Below the pieces are notes generated by a model. The model was given only the letters and a program-made list of their open reading frames with translations, was not told the origin of the DNA and searched no databases. A stretch of 64,000 nt of DNA from Chlamydiales bacterium (lineage in GTDB: Bacteria; Chlamydiota; Chlamydiia; Chlamydiales; JACKPQ01): NCBI GenBank assembly GCA_024233435.1, contig JACKPQ010000001.1:660582-724581 (forward strand). The letters run 5' to 3'. The translations under genes and the position numbers were made by a program. Shown here in pieces: positions 9,366 through 18,941 of this stretch (the first letter of the stretch is position 1; each line of letters starts with the position of its first letter).

Positions 9366-9857
9366 ATGGAAATACAAGCTAAATCACTACCACAAGTTGA
9401 GTCACCAAAACCAGAGAAAAAGCCCACCGGCATTGATGATCCACTAGTTTTGTTTTACGTGGAATACTTAAAATCCAGTCTAGGCTGCAGGAAATTACTA
9501 GAAGTACTGAGCCGTGACCGAAACGAACAGAAAGAAGATTTAGCTAACAAGAAATCAGTTACTGCTTATTTACACCTTGCCTCTAATATTGCGGTTGCTT
9601 CAGCCAGCGGAGCAGCTGGTCTTGTAAATCGTCAAGATGAATCTCAAGCTATCAACCGAATAGGTCTTGGCATTGATTCTATCGCAAATATGCATACCGG
9701 TGAATACCAAGATAAAAGCCAGAAGCTCGACAGAAAGGGCGAATTAACCTCAGCCCTGCAACGCTCTTTACAAGAAGGAGATACCCTGACTTACAGAACT
9801 GTCCAAGACCTTCTAGAAGCTGAAAAAAGGACATACCAACAAGGTATCGGGGCCTAG
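9366..9857 (+). CDS. Putative T3SS minor translocator (CopD/YopD-like), very short
   Basis: 163 aa with a single hydrophobic segment (AYLHLASNIAVASASGAAGLV) and a C-terminal amphipathic region. The call rests mainly on position after the chaperone and CopB-like gene. Confidence 0.4.
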   Translation: MEIQAKSLPQVESPKPEKKPTGIDDPLVLFYVEYLKSSLGCRKLLEVLSRDRNEQKEDLANKKSVTAYLHLASNIAVASASGAAGLVNRQDESQAINRIGLGIDSIANMHTGEYQDKSQKLDRKGELTSALQRSLQEGDTLTYRTVQDLLEAEKRTYQQGIGA

Positions 9858-9898
9858 TACTTGTGCGATAACTGCTTCGCAGCTATGATGCGAAGAAT

Positions 9899-10687
9899 AT
9901 GAATTTATTGCGCGAGCTCTTCGCATTTGTTAATTCTGTGGGTGATTACACCCTTTTTATCTTCGATGCGGTGTTTTCCTCTATTCGGAAACCACCGAAA
10001 TGGTCTCTTATTCGCGAGCAACTCTACGACGTGGGCGTTCAGTCGCTCCCAGTGGTTGCGATGACGGGGTTTTCAACGGGTCTGGTTTTAGCCGCTCAAG
10101 CTTTCTTTCAGTTGAGTGATATGGGCCTTGTTGGGACAACGGGTATCATGGTCGGGAAGGCGATGATCACCGAGCTGGGCCCTGTGCTGACAGCTTTTAT
10201 GATTACAGGCCGGGTGGGTGCTGCCATGTGCGCTGAGTTGGGCACAATGTATGTGACCGAGCAGATTGATGCTCTCAAGTCCATGGCTGTCAATCCAAAC
10301 CGCTACTTGGTAGCACCACGCATCATCGCTGCCACGTTCATGACTCCCCTTCTCACAATTTTTTCTATCTGTATGGGGATTTTTGGTGGCTACTTGATCT
10401 CAGTTTACTTCTTTCATATGTCACCAAATACGTACTTTGACCCTATGCCCCAACACATCACCCTTTTTGACTTGTTCGTAGGTTTTACCAAATCGCTGAT
10501 TTTCGGAATCCAGATCGTGACAATCAGCTGCTATTGGGGAATGACAACACGCGGCGGTGCAGCAGGCGTTGGCAGGTCAACGACAAATTCTGTGGTGATT
10601 TGCTATACGGCAATTCTATTCACAAACTTTTTCATCACACTGGGTCTTAACATGATTCGCAATACGGTGAACCGATGGCTGACGTAA
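9899..10687 (+). CDS. mlaE: Phospholipid/lipid ABC transporter permease MlaE
   Basis: MlaE/YrbE-type polytopic permease (GPVLTAFMITGRVGAAMCAELGTMYVTEQIDAL). It overlaps the mlaF start. Confidence 0.85.
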   Translation: MNLLRELFAFVNSVGDYTLFIFDAVFSSIRKPPKWSLIREQLYDVGVQSLPVVAMTGFSTGLVLAAQAFFQLSDMGLVGTTGIMVGKAMITELGPVLTAFMITGRVGAAMCAELGTMYVTEQIDALKSMAVNPNRYLVAPRIIAATFMTPLLTIFSICMGIFGGYLISVYFFHMSPNTYFDPMPQHITLFDLFVGFTKSLIFGIQIVTISCYWGMTTRGGAAGVGRSTTNSVVICYTAILFTNFFITLGLNMIRNTVNRWLT

Positions 10688-11487
10688 AGGATGATGTGGC
10701 CATCAGGATCCGAAATTTGCACAAGGCTTTTGAGTCCAACCAGGTCATGAAAGGGCTTGATCTCGATGTCATGCGCGGGGAAACCCTTGTGATTTTGGGA
10801 CGATCTGGAGTCGGAAAAAGCGTTTTGCTCAAGCACATTTTAGGTATTTTAAGACCGGATGAGGGCACTGTTGAGGTCGATGGCCAGATGATCTCTGAGC
10901 TGAGAGGAAGGGACCTTTATCGAGCTGTCCACAACATGGGAATGCTCTTTCAAGGAGCTGCTCTTTTTGATTCGATGACGATTGCAGACAATGTTGGCTT
11001 TTATCTAACCGAGCATGTCGATCCCACCACCGGCAAACACTATGAGCCTGGGGAAATCCGAGACCGCGTCGATCACGCTCTGGAGCTTGTTGGTCTGCAA
11101 GGCACCCAAGATAAACTCCCCTCTGATATGTCAGGTGGCATGCGCAAGCGAGCAGGGCTTGCCCGATTGATCGTCTACCGCCCTAAGTTTTTGCTCTATG
11201 ATGAGCCAACAACTGGATTGGATCCGATCACAGCAATGCAAATCAATGAGCTCATTGTGCAAACTCAAGAGGAGCTAAAGGCCACATCGATTGTCGTTAC
11301 ACATGATGTCATCTCAGCCCTTTACGTAGGAGATCGCCTAGCCTTGCACGAAAATGCCGTAATAGCGCATATAGATAAAGCTGAGGCATTCATGAAAATA
11401 GACCATCCGACCATCCACTTTTTATTGCGCACGCTTAAGGAAGATCCGCAAACTTTCAGACGCGAAATCCATGAGGGCAAACAATGA
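10675..11487 (+). CDS. mlaF: Phospholipid/lipid ABC transporter ATP-binding protein MlaF
   Basis: Walker A GRSGVGKS, signature MSGGMRKR, Walker B FLLYDEPTTGLDP. Confidence 0.88.
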   Translation: MADVKDDVAIRIRNLHKAFESNQVMKGLDLDVMRGETLVILGRSGVGKSVLLKHILGILRPDEGTVEVDGQMISELRGRDLYRAVHNMGMLFQGAALFDSMTIADNVGFYLTEHVDPTTGKHYEPGEIRDRVDHALELVGLQGTQDKLPSDMSGGMRKRAGLARLIVYRPKFLLYDEPTTGLDPITAMQINELIVQTQEELKATSIVVTHDVISALYVGDRLALHENAVIAHIDKAEAFMKIDHPTIHFLLRTLKEDPQTFRREIHEGKQ

Positions 11488-12704
11488 AGCTCATGGACAA
11501 AACCAAGAATTTGCTCATTGGCCTTTTTGTTATTGCTGCATGCACGCTTGTTATTTCACTGATACTATTTCTAGAACCTACCGTCGGTGATGGCAAGCAA
11601 TTGCTTACAATCCGCTTTGCCAATATTAACGGTATCGGTGTTGGAACGCGCGTTCTCTTTGCTGGTAAGCCTGTTGGAGAGGTCACAAAAATTGAAGAAA
11701 TCCCCCACGCGCGCGAGCAACCCACAAATGAACTCGGGCAGGTCTATTTTTATCAGCTGATTTTACATGTGGACTCTAGCGTGCGCCTTTATAATACTGA
11801 TGAGGTCACCGTCCAAACATCAGGCCTATTGGGCGAAAAATCAATCGGTATCTTTCCTAAAGCCCCGCCACGCGGTGTTAAACCCGTGCGCATTACTTCT
11901 AAAACGCCTGTTTATGCCGAATCAATTGATCCGCTAGAGAGTGCTTTTAGCGAGCTGGCCACCCTATCCGACAAGGTCGAAGAAACGCTTTGTAAGGTCA
12001 ACAACTGGATCGATGAAAATGGCTCGGCTTTAGGCTCTGCCATTCGCTCATTTGGAGCAGCCATGTCTGAGGTGAGCTGCACGATGCAGCGCGTCAACCA
12101 CCTACGCCTTGTCGATAGCATCAAAGTGGCAATAGAAAACTTTTCTGACACCATGTGCATGATCAATTGCGCCATCAATGAAATGAACGAAGGCAACGTC
12201 TTCTGCAATTTTAGCATCATGATGGACAATTTAAAAGATTCAAGCTTCAATATTGAAACCATCACGAAAGATCTTGCTGATGGGCAAGGCACTCTTGGAA
12301 AACTCATTAAATACGACGATTTCTACTTGCGTATGACAGCTGTGATGAGCAAAGTCAGCACCCTTATGAATGATGTCAATCAATACGGCATTTTCTTTTA
12401 TCTAAATAAACAATGGCAACGCACGCGCCTTAAGCGCGTAACAGCTTTAAATGCTGTCGATACGCCCCAAGAGTTTAAACAGTACTTTGAAGGTGAAGTT
12501 GATCTTATCGTTACCGCTATGGAGCGCCTCTCAATGCTTGTTGACAAAGCCAAGGATAGTCCAGACGCAAAATGCCTCATTCAATCTGAGCTATTCAAGC
12601 AAGACTTTGCAGAAATGATGCGCCAAGTCGATGAGCTCTCTTCCATGCTCAAGCTTTACAACGAACAGCTAGTAGAAAACCCTAACCCTTGCGGGTGTCG
12701 CTGA
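11484..12704 (+). CDS. mlaD: MCE-domain substrate-binding protein (MlaD-like) with a long helical C-terminal extension
   Basis: An N-terminal TM is followed by an MCE-like segment (IRFANINGIGVGTRVLFAGKPVGEVTKI). An ATGA overlap with mlaF completes the mlaEFD order. Confidence 0.75.
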   Translation: MKLMDKTKNLLIGLFVIAACTLVISLILFLEPTVGDGKQLLTIRFANINGIGVGTRVLFAGKPVGEVTKIEEIPHAREQPTNELGQVYFYQLILHVDSSVRLYNTDEVTVQTSGLLGEKSIGIFPKAPPRGVKPVRITSKTPVYAESIDPLESAFSELATLSDKVEETLCKVNNWIDENGSALGSAIRSFGAAMSEVSCTMQRVNHLRLVDSIKVAIENFSDTMCMINCAINEMNEGNVFCNFSIMMDNLKDSSFNIETITKDLADGQGTLGKLIKYDDFYLRMTAVMSKVSTLMNDVNQYGIFFYLNKQWQRTRLKRVTALNAVDTPQEFKQYFEGEVDLIVTAMERLSMLVDKAKDSPDAKCLIQSELFKQDFAEMMRQVDELSSMLKLYNEQLVENPNPCGCR

Positions 12705-13249
12705 TGTCAACACTGAGCTCTGGTCAGTTTCTCATTGCAAGCCCAGACCTCGATGACGAACTTTTCAGCCGCTCGGTTATCCTCCTATGTGAGCATAGTC
12801 AAGTTGGCTCTTTTGGCGTTATTGTTAACAAACCCTTAGAGGGCGGTCTACCTGCAGAGCTTGCCGAGCTTGAAACACAAAGCAGCTTGCTTGCGCGGAT
12901 CGGCGGGCCTATTCAATCAGACCAAATGATGCTTTTGCATACATGCGCTAGCATCCCCGATCAAACGCTTTGTGTCACTGAAGGGGTGTATCTTGGTGGA
13001 GATGGTGATTTTTTACAGAATACACTAACAGAGAATAAACACAGCGCGATCATCTCGTTTGGCTATATGGCCTGGGGTGAAGGCGCCTTAGAAAAAGAAT
13101 TCCTTGCCGGACTTTGGTTTTTGCATCCTGCAACACAAAATCACGTATTCGACACGCAGCCAAGTCAGCTTTGGCGCGCACTTTTGCGAGAAATGGGAGG
13201 CAAATACGCCACCCTTTCGATGATGCCCGATGATTTATCATTAAACTGA
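12704..13249 (+). CDS. YqgE/AlgH family protein (UPF0301)
   Basis: FLIASPDLDDELFSRSVILLCEHSQVGSFGVIVNKP is typical of the family. ATG 12704 overlaps the mlaD TGA (TGATG). Confidence 0.8.
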   Translation: MSTLSSGQFLIASPDLDDELFSRSVILLCEHSQVGSFGVIVNKPLEGGLPAELAELETQSSLLARIGGPIQSDQMMLLHTCASIPDQTLCVTEGVYLGGDGDFLQNTLTENKHSAIISFGYMAWGEGALEKEFLAGLWFLHPATQNHVFDTQPSQLWRALLREMGGKYATLSMMPDDLSLN

Positions 13250-13256
13250 GGAAAAA

Positions 13257-15743
13257 TTGAAACATTCATCCAAGTTCCTGTTTGCTTTTAGCCTTCTTTC
13301 ATCGATAGCCTTATTTCCCAGAGAGGTCCTTGTCCCGTATTTTACACTCAAACACGTTGAAGCTGGTGGTGTTGGCTACCAAGATGGATATACATCTATC
13401 GAAGGAATGCTGAGTTTTTTCCCTTCCCCAAATTGGATCCCATTTATTGATGCTAGAAGACACGTGCTCAACAACGGAGCTACAGCGTTTAATGTCGGTA
13501 CAGGTCTGCGCGCAATGATTGGAAGCTCAAACGTTATATTAGGCGTTAATGCCTACTACGATGAAAGAAGTTCCACGGGAAAAAGTTTTAGGCAAGCCAG
13601 CGGTGGCATAGAAGTGCTCAGCCCTTCTATTGATTTCAGGGCAAATGGCTATTTCCCTATTGACAATCCCAAAGATCTTAGATCAGTTAATCTATTTGGG
13701 TTTGTTGGCAATAATTTACTTTTAACTTTACGTGAGCGCATGGCACTGACAGGCACAGATGCAGAAGTTGGCAGTTACCTGGGCTCTATCAGCGACCTTA
13801 GTTTTTATTTAGCAGCAGGCGGTTACTTTTTCAAAAGGCAACAGTGCAACACAAAAGCTGGATTTCAATCTCGACTAAAAATGGGATGGAACGATAACTT
13901 CTACGCCCAACTGTCAGTTACACATGACAGTCTTTACCAAACCAATGTCCAAGGAACCCTTGGAATCAGCATTCCCTTCTGGAAAAGGCCAACTGTCAAG
14001 TTTAAAAGCTATTTTCCCAGTCTAAAAGCCTACCAATCGCAGCCTGTTCAACGTCAAGAACTCATTGTATTATGCAATCAAAGGCGGCAAGTGGTAGCGA
14101 CGGGACCCAATGGCAACTCAATCGTGTGCTGGTTTGTTAATAATACAAATCCAGGAGGGACTGGAACTTTTCAGAACCCATTCTACACTCTTCTAGAAGC
14201 TCAAAATGCCGCTGGATCCGGTGACTGTATTTATGTTTTCACAGGTGATGGAACCTCATTTAATATGAACCAAGGCCTCATCCTTAAAACTGGTCAATCC
14301 CTACTTGGAGATAGCGTTCCACAAACAATTATCACCCAATATGGGCCCATTGTCTTTCCTGCTCAAAGCTCACAAAACCCTGCCATCTCAAACATTGCAG
14401 GCAACGGCCTTACCCTTGCTGACAACACAACTGTTCGGGGAATCGATATTCTTGCCTCCTCTCTCAATTCCATCTACGGATCGGGGATAGATAACGTATT
14501 AGTTGACCAAGTCAACCTTGTAGAAATGTCAGATGGCAATTATGGAATCTTTTTAGAAGATACAAGCATGGAGTCTGTAAGTTTTACCTTTTCTAACGGC
14601 ACCATCTCTCAAACAATGGGCCTCCCAGGTCAACTTGTCCATGTAGAGCTCAATGACAATGGGAGTTCCTCGCTTCAATTTATCAATAATGACTTCATTA
14701 TGAGAGAGGATATCGAAATTTTGACTTCGAATAACGTCTCTGCCAATATCTCTTTTCTAAATAATGACTTTCGAGTCGTCGACCCCGCATTCTTTGGAGA
14801 TTCTTCTATTTTAATCACAACAGATGATGATTCATCTGTTGTCTTGAATTTCAGCAACAATACTATGACCGAGATGGATGAGGGTGTCCGTTATGAAGCC
14901 TATGGGTCATCTTTAATCGATTTTACATATAACAATAACACCGCTACTGGTGACAACACAAACGCTTTTGACTTGCGCACTTTTGACTCTACTTCTGGGG
15001 TCTACTCTTCACAAAACAACACCTTTACAGGCATTCCCTTTGGCAATCCTTGGAGAATTCAGGCCTTCAATTCCTCTACGGTCTCAGGTATTTTCAGTAA
15101 TAACTCTTGCGACAATACGCTAGCCGTACTGGCCTTCGTGAGTGACAGTGCAAGCGTTGATCTATTAGCAGAAAACAACACACTCCTCAACTCAACCGAT
15201 TTTGGATTTAATTTCAGTACTTTCATAGGAACACCCATTTTAAATGTAACACTAAGAAATAACACCATTGATAGTACAGCAGGAAGCGGAATTTCAATGA
15301 GATCAGAAGGTGGAAATCTTAATGCAACCCTTCTCAGCAACACAGTACAAAATGCAATTTCATCAGGCATTGAAGCCACAGTTGTTGGCGGAACGCTGAC
15401 ACTTACAGCAACAAGCAACCAGGTTAACACTAACGGCGGGAATGGAATTGAGCTCTTTGCAGACACACCGGGGATCATAAATAGCTCAATCAGCAACAAC
15501 ACTCTTAATGGAAACACATTAACTGGATTTTCTGCCGATCAAACCAATGCCTCATCTTTCTGCCTCCTCCTCAGCGGAAACACATCCAGCAATGGCTACT
15601 CACTAACAGCAGACGCAGGAACGCCTGACTTTTCAGCACAATCTCCAGCACCGGTATCCCTAGCAAGCATCCAAGCTGACAACACAGGAACAATTTCAAC
15701 GACTGGGACTATTACTTATGTTCCGATCGGAGGCTGTCCTTAG
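13257..15743 (+). CDS. Inverse autotransporter (intimin/invasin-type N-terminal beta-barrel) with a parallel beta-helix repeat passenger
   Basis: After a signal peptide, FNVGTGLRAMIGSSNVILGVNAYYDERS...QASGGIEVLSPSIDFRANGYFPI resembles the IAT beta-domain pattern (GxG.R......lGvNafyD......r.g.G.E......l..saNgY.P). The C-terminal ~550 aa are Asn/Ser/Thr/Gly-rich with periodic NN(T/N)-type units (NNTL.N, SGIEATVVGG, NGIELFAD). The start is TTG. Confidence 0.65.
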   Translation: MKHSSKFLFAFSLLSSIALFPREVLVPYFTLKHVEAGGVGYQDGYTSIEGMLSFFPSPNWIPFIDARRHVLNNGATAFNVGTGLRAMIGSSNVILGVNAYYDERSSTGKSFRQASGGIEVLSPSIDFRANGYFPIDNPKDLRSVNLFGFVGNNLLLTLRERMALTGTDAEVGSYLGSISDLSFYLAAGGYFFKRQQCNTKAGFQSRLKMGWNDNFYAQLSVTHDSLYQTNVQGTLGISIPFWKRPTVKFKSYFPSLKAYQSQPVQRQELIVLCNQRRQVVATGPNGNSIVCWFVNNTNPGGTGTFQNPFYTLLEAQNAAGSGDCIYVFTGDGTSFNMNQGLILKTGQSLLGDSVPQTIITQYGPIVFPAQSSQNPAISNIAGNGLTLADNTTVRGIDILASSLNSIYGSGIDNVLVDQVNLVEMSDGNYGIFLEDTSMESVSFTFSNGTISQTMGLPGQLVHVELNDNGSSSLQFINNDFIMREDIEILTSNNVSANISFLNNDFRVVDPAFFGDSSILITTDDDSSVVLNFSNNTMTEMDEGVRYEAYGSSLIDFTYNNNTATGDNTNAFDLRTFDSTSGVYSSQNNTFTGIPFGNPWRIQAFNSSTVSGIFSNNSCDNTLAVLAFVSDSASVDLLAENNTLLNSTDFGFNFSTFIGTPILNVTLRNNTIDSTAGSGISMRSEGGNLNATLLSNTVQNAISSGIEATVVGGTLTLTATSNQVNTNGGNGIELFADTPGIINSSISNNTLNGNTLTGFSADQTNASSFCLLLSGNTSSNGYSLTADAGTPDFSAQSPAPVSLASIQADNTGTISTTGTITYVPIGGCP

Positions 15744-17865
15744 ATGGAAAGACACTCACCTCGTTAAAAAGAGGAAAATCGAAGAGTTCACCGCAAGCCT
15801 TCAGCACTTTATTGCGCTCCAATTCTAATTCGGCATTGATACAAGAAAGAGAAGAAACCGTACGAGAAAGGCGCTGCAAATCAATGGGGCGCTCGCGCAC
15901 TGCTAACGCCGGGGCAAAAAGCATCCAGACCAGAAAATCCCTTTCATCCTCTTGCCAATCATAAGATCGACTCATTAGCTTTAAAAAGGCATAAAATCCT
16001 GCAGAGGCTGCCGCCCCCACATCCACAGCATCCTTACATGTAAAGCTTAAGCTATGAGGCTGGACTGATTCGATCATCTTTAGCGTCAGAAAATGATAGA
16101 AAATCTCGATGAAATCAAGTCGATTCTTACGAGAGAGCGCATTTTTGCCACCAAAAAAGGTTTTGTGAATCAATGGAACCGCTTTTGATGTAAAGCTCTC
16201 TGCCTGGATTTGATTAAAAGACTTGGGAAAGAAAAATCCACAAGACTCTCCTCCCTTGACTTGCTCGATGACTGAGTCTAAAAAATCTTCCGCCTGATTC
16301 AATTGCAAGTAGACATCTGATTGAAAGTAAAAATCTGTATATTTTGGCAACGTTGCAACAACCAAATTTGGTGAAAACTCAGCAGATTTTTGTATTTTTT
16401 CAAGGACTTCACAGCGAGCGTGCTCTTCCCAAGAAGTGCGATCTTGCAAGTTGATGATCAAATGCTGATCGCCACGCTTATGCGATGCAAGCTGGCGCAA
16501 AAAAGCCTGAAACTCTTGTGTTATCTCAGCCTTTTGAATGTAGCGCTGCCTTGTTGGTGATGGCAAACGCAGACAGTCAAGGTGGAAGTTACGAAATGAG
16601 ACAATGAAACACTTGCTTGCCAAATTACCTTGCGCGCCAGGATCAAACCCGTGAAAATCTTCATCAGGGTGAAAAACATCTAAAGCCTTAAATAGAGGAC
16701 CGCTTGGAAAATGCTTTAAAAGCCCATAAATCTCTTCATGAACATCGAGCAAGTGATTCCAAAGTGAGCTACTTTCTTTCTTTTGTGAAATCATCCCATA
16801 AATGAAAGAAATTGCCTCTTCTCGGTTACCAATACGCGTAAAAAAAGCATAAGAGAGCGCATGAGCTAGGTGAAGAATAGTTTGGCCTAGCTCATCATCG
16901 GGGTCGAGCTGAACTGAAATCATTCGAGCATAGTCAGTAGAGCTTAAAATCCGCCTCATGTACATTTGAAAATCGCTAAAATATCCCACACAGCTTTTGC
17001 TGCTTGTATTCTGCATCAAATGACGGGGATTAGAGGCAAGCATCAAAGCCATGCAAGCAGAATTCAAATCGCTTACCAATGGCAAATGGCGATTTTTCAT
17101 CGCAAGATGATAAAAAGCATTTAAATCGTAAGAGACATCTTGCCGGATTTGCTTAGCTGAAGCATGCATATCCTTATCATGGACCAAAATGATCTTCGTA
17201 AGTGGATCAAGAGCTTGCAACTCAACAAGAGCATCATCAAAATCCGTGACGAGCCGCAAGTGTCTGAGCAAGTCGCGATTAAAAAAAGCTGAACCATCTT
17301 CCCTGAGGATGTAGAAGAGCTCATAATCACGGTCTTTTTTGACCATCTCTAAACCCTTCAAGCCTCGACGTTTGATGTCAGCCAAATCACTTGGCCCGCT
17401 GCCCCACTCAGGCTGCCACGAAGGATCCTCGCCCTCACTTTGGATGTAGCTGACAATCCGCTTGAGATAATACTCCTGCAGATCGTGGTACTCCTTTAAT
17501 CCAGAGACACTAACGCCACCTAGCAATTCACGGCATTTATCCAGTTGTTTTGCCGCCTCCTTTACAAGGCCCATCATTGCCTGAATACCCCGTTGGGTTT
17601 GCCCCTCCTTCAGAGCCCCCCTTTCCTCAGTATAGTAGTAGTGCAAATACCTTTGGATGACTCCAAAAGTCTTCTTCACATTATCAATTGTCTTATCAGC
17701 ATCCTTTAAATCCAGCCAATAAATGTCCCTAAGAACCTCTTCTCCAGCCTCGATCATTTTAGCTCGAGCCTTCAGATCCTTCAGATCGAGTTCTGTAGCA
17801 TTGGAGAGCAGGTCAACTGCCTCCATAATTGTAAACTCTTCAATAGCGGTTTGTTTTTTAGCCAT
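15712..17865 (-). CDS. Large hypothetical protein (717 aa)
   Basis: Long uninterrupted ORF. Its 3' end overlaps the convergent autotransporter gene by 32 nt. No motif recognised. Confidence 0.6.
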   Translation of the reverse strand: MAKKQTAIEEFTIMEAVDLLSNATELDLKDLKARAKMIEAGEEVLRDIYWLDLKDADKTIDNVKKTFGVIQRYLHYYYTEERGALKEGQTQRGIQAMMGLVKEAAKQLDKCRELLGGVSVSGLKEYHDLQEYYLKRIVSYIQSEGEDPSWQPEWGSGPSDLADIKRRGLKGLEMVKKDRDYELFYILREDGSAFFNRDLLRHLRLVTDFDDALVELQALDPLTKIILVHDKDMHASAKQIRQDVSYDLNAFYHLAMKNRHLPLVSDLNSACMALMLASNPRHLMQNTSSKSCVGYFSDFQMYMRRILSSTDYARMISVQLDPDDELGQTILHLAHALSYAFFTRIGNREEAISFIYGMISQKKESSSLWNHLLDVHEEIYGLLKHFPSGPLFKALDVFHPDEDFHGFDPGAQGNLASKCFIVSFRNFHLDCLRLPSPTRQRYIQKAEITQEFQAFLRQLASHKRGDQHLIINLQDRTSWEEHARCEVLEKIQKSAEFSPNLVVATLPKYTDFYFQSDVYLQLNQAEDFLDSVIEQVKGGESCGFFFPKSFNQIQAESFTSKAVPLIHKTFFGGKNALSRKNRLDFIEIFYHFLTLKMIESVQPHSLSFTCKDAVDVGAAASAGFYAFLKLMSRSYDWQEDERDFLVWMLFAPALAVRERPIDLQRLSRTVSSLSCINAELELERNKVLKACGELFDFPLFNEVSVFPSKDSLRSEHK

Positions 17866-18121
17866 AATTAACCCTATAATTATTATTACATAAAACCAAT
17901 TAATTTATCAAATTTTTATTTTATTCTTATCTTGTTTATCGTCAACTACTTAAGAAATGCCGCGATAGGCGGAGCTTGAACCGTTGCAATGCAACATAGC
18001 TGCACCTCTAAGCATATCGAAATTAATAATTGTCGATACATAATTATATTTATTTAATTGACTATTAATTTAAAATAAATTACAATAGTCGTTAATTAAA
18101 TCAATTTATATAGTTTTATAT

Positions 18122-18835
18122 ATGTTAAAAATAAACGATGCTTCGCTTTTAAACACCGGATATGAATCTCAATATAATTTCGAACTTAAAACATATGAAT
18201 TTAAACAACCTGTAAATCCGGTAACCCGAATCTTCTCAGCAACGAAAGAAGCTGCGCCTCTTCTTTTTTACACTATTATATCAGACATTCTGAAAGAGAA
18301 ATCCAGACCATTCTATCAGCACAGATATAACCTGTTAATTAAATTAAACAACATTGAAAATGTTTCACGTGTTTTTGATAAATCATGTTTTATTATTAGA
18401 AATATTCAAGACATTCAATTTTCATATATAGAAAAATTAATGCCGAAGATCTGTCAGCTTGAAATATACACTTTTTTTTACGCTGCAGCTGAAGAAATTA
18501 CATTTAGACTTTTATTTCAGGAAATTATTTTAAGACGATTACCAAAAATAACTTTAAAAATTTTCGGAGTAAAAAAAGCAGATGAAATTGTAGACCACAC
18601 ATTTGTGAGAGTGATGCGCCTAACAGTATCAGCTGCTTTTTTTGCTTTAATGCATCGTAGTCAATTTCACCCAAACGGCTCCAACGGACTTCCTCAATTT
18701 ATCTTCGGTCTATTCTATGGAATGATATTAGAAAGGGCAAATAGCTCAACTCAAGTAATATTAAATATATTATATACAACTCTAGCTCATACGATGCATA
18801 ACTATATTCTGTATCTGCTCATACTTGGAATGTAG
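18122..18835 (+). CDS. CPBP-family intramembrane glutamic endopeptidase (CAAX protease/Abi-like)
   Basis: Motif 1 EExxxR (AAAEEITFRLLF), motif 2 FxxxH (FFALMH) and motif 3 HxxxN (AHTMHNY) sit on hydrophobic helices. The gene and its flanks are markedly AT-rich. Confidence 0.75.
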   Translation: MLKINDASLLNTGYESQYNFELKTYEFKQPVNPVTRIFSATKEAAPLLFYTIISDILKEKSRPFYQHRYNLLIKLNNIENVSRVFDKSCFIIRNIQDIQFSYIEKLMPKICQLEIYTFFYAAAEEITFRLLFQEIILRRLPKITLKIFGVKKADEIVDHTFVRVMRLTVSAAFFALMHRSQFHPNGSNGLPQFIFGLFYGMILERANSSTQVILNILYTTLAHTMHNYILYLLILGM

Positions 18836-18941
18836 CGCAACAAACCTTTCCTCGTGCGCCGTTCCGATGCTTTAATTCTCTTTTAGGCAAGGGACTTCAA
18901 AATCTCGGAATAGACCACCCGAAGCAATTTGACAAGTCGGG

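Noticed and set aside
11912-12307. 131-aa antisense ORF within mlaD. Comparable antisense ORFs are 15059..15517, 32565..33059, 19924..20316 and 38940..39314.
   Set aside because: Each is fully embedded in a longer ORF with recognisable domain motifs on the other strand, and none has independent support.
17955-18015. A GC-rich patch (GCCGCGATAGGCGGAGCTTGAACCGTTGCAATGCAAC) in the AT-rich spacer, considered as a tRNA fragment or att site.
   Set aside because: GGTTCAAGCTCCGCC on the minus strand superficially resembles a T-arm, but the flanking bases cannot form a T stem or an acceptor stem, and there is no second copy in the window.
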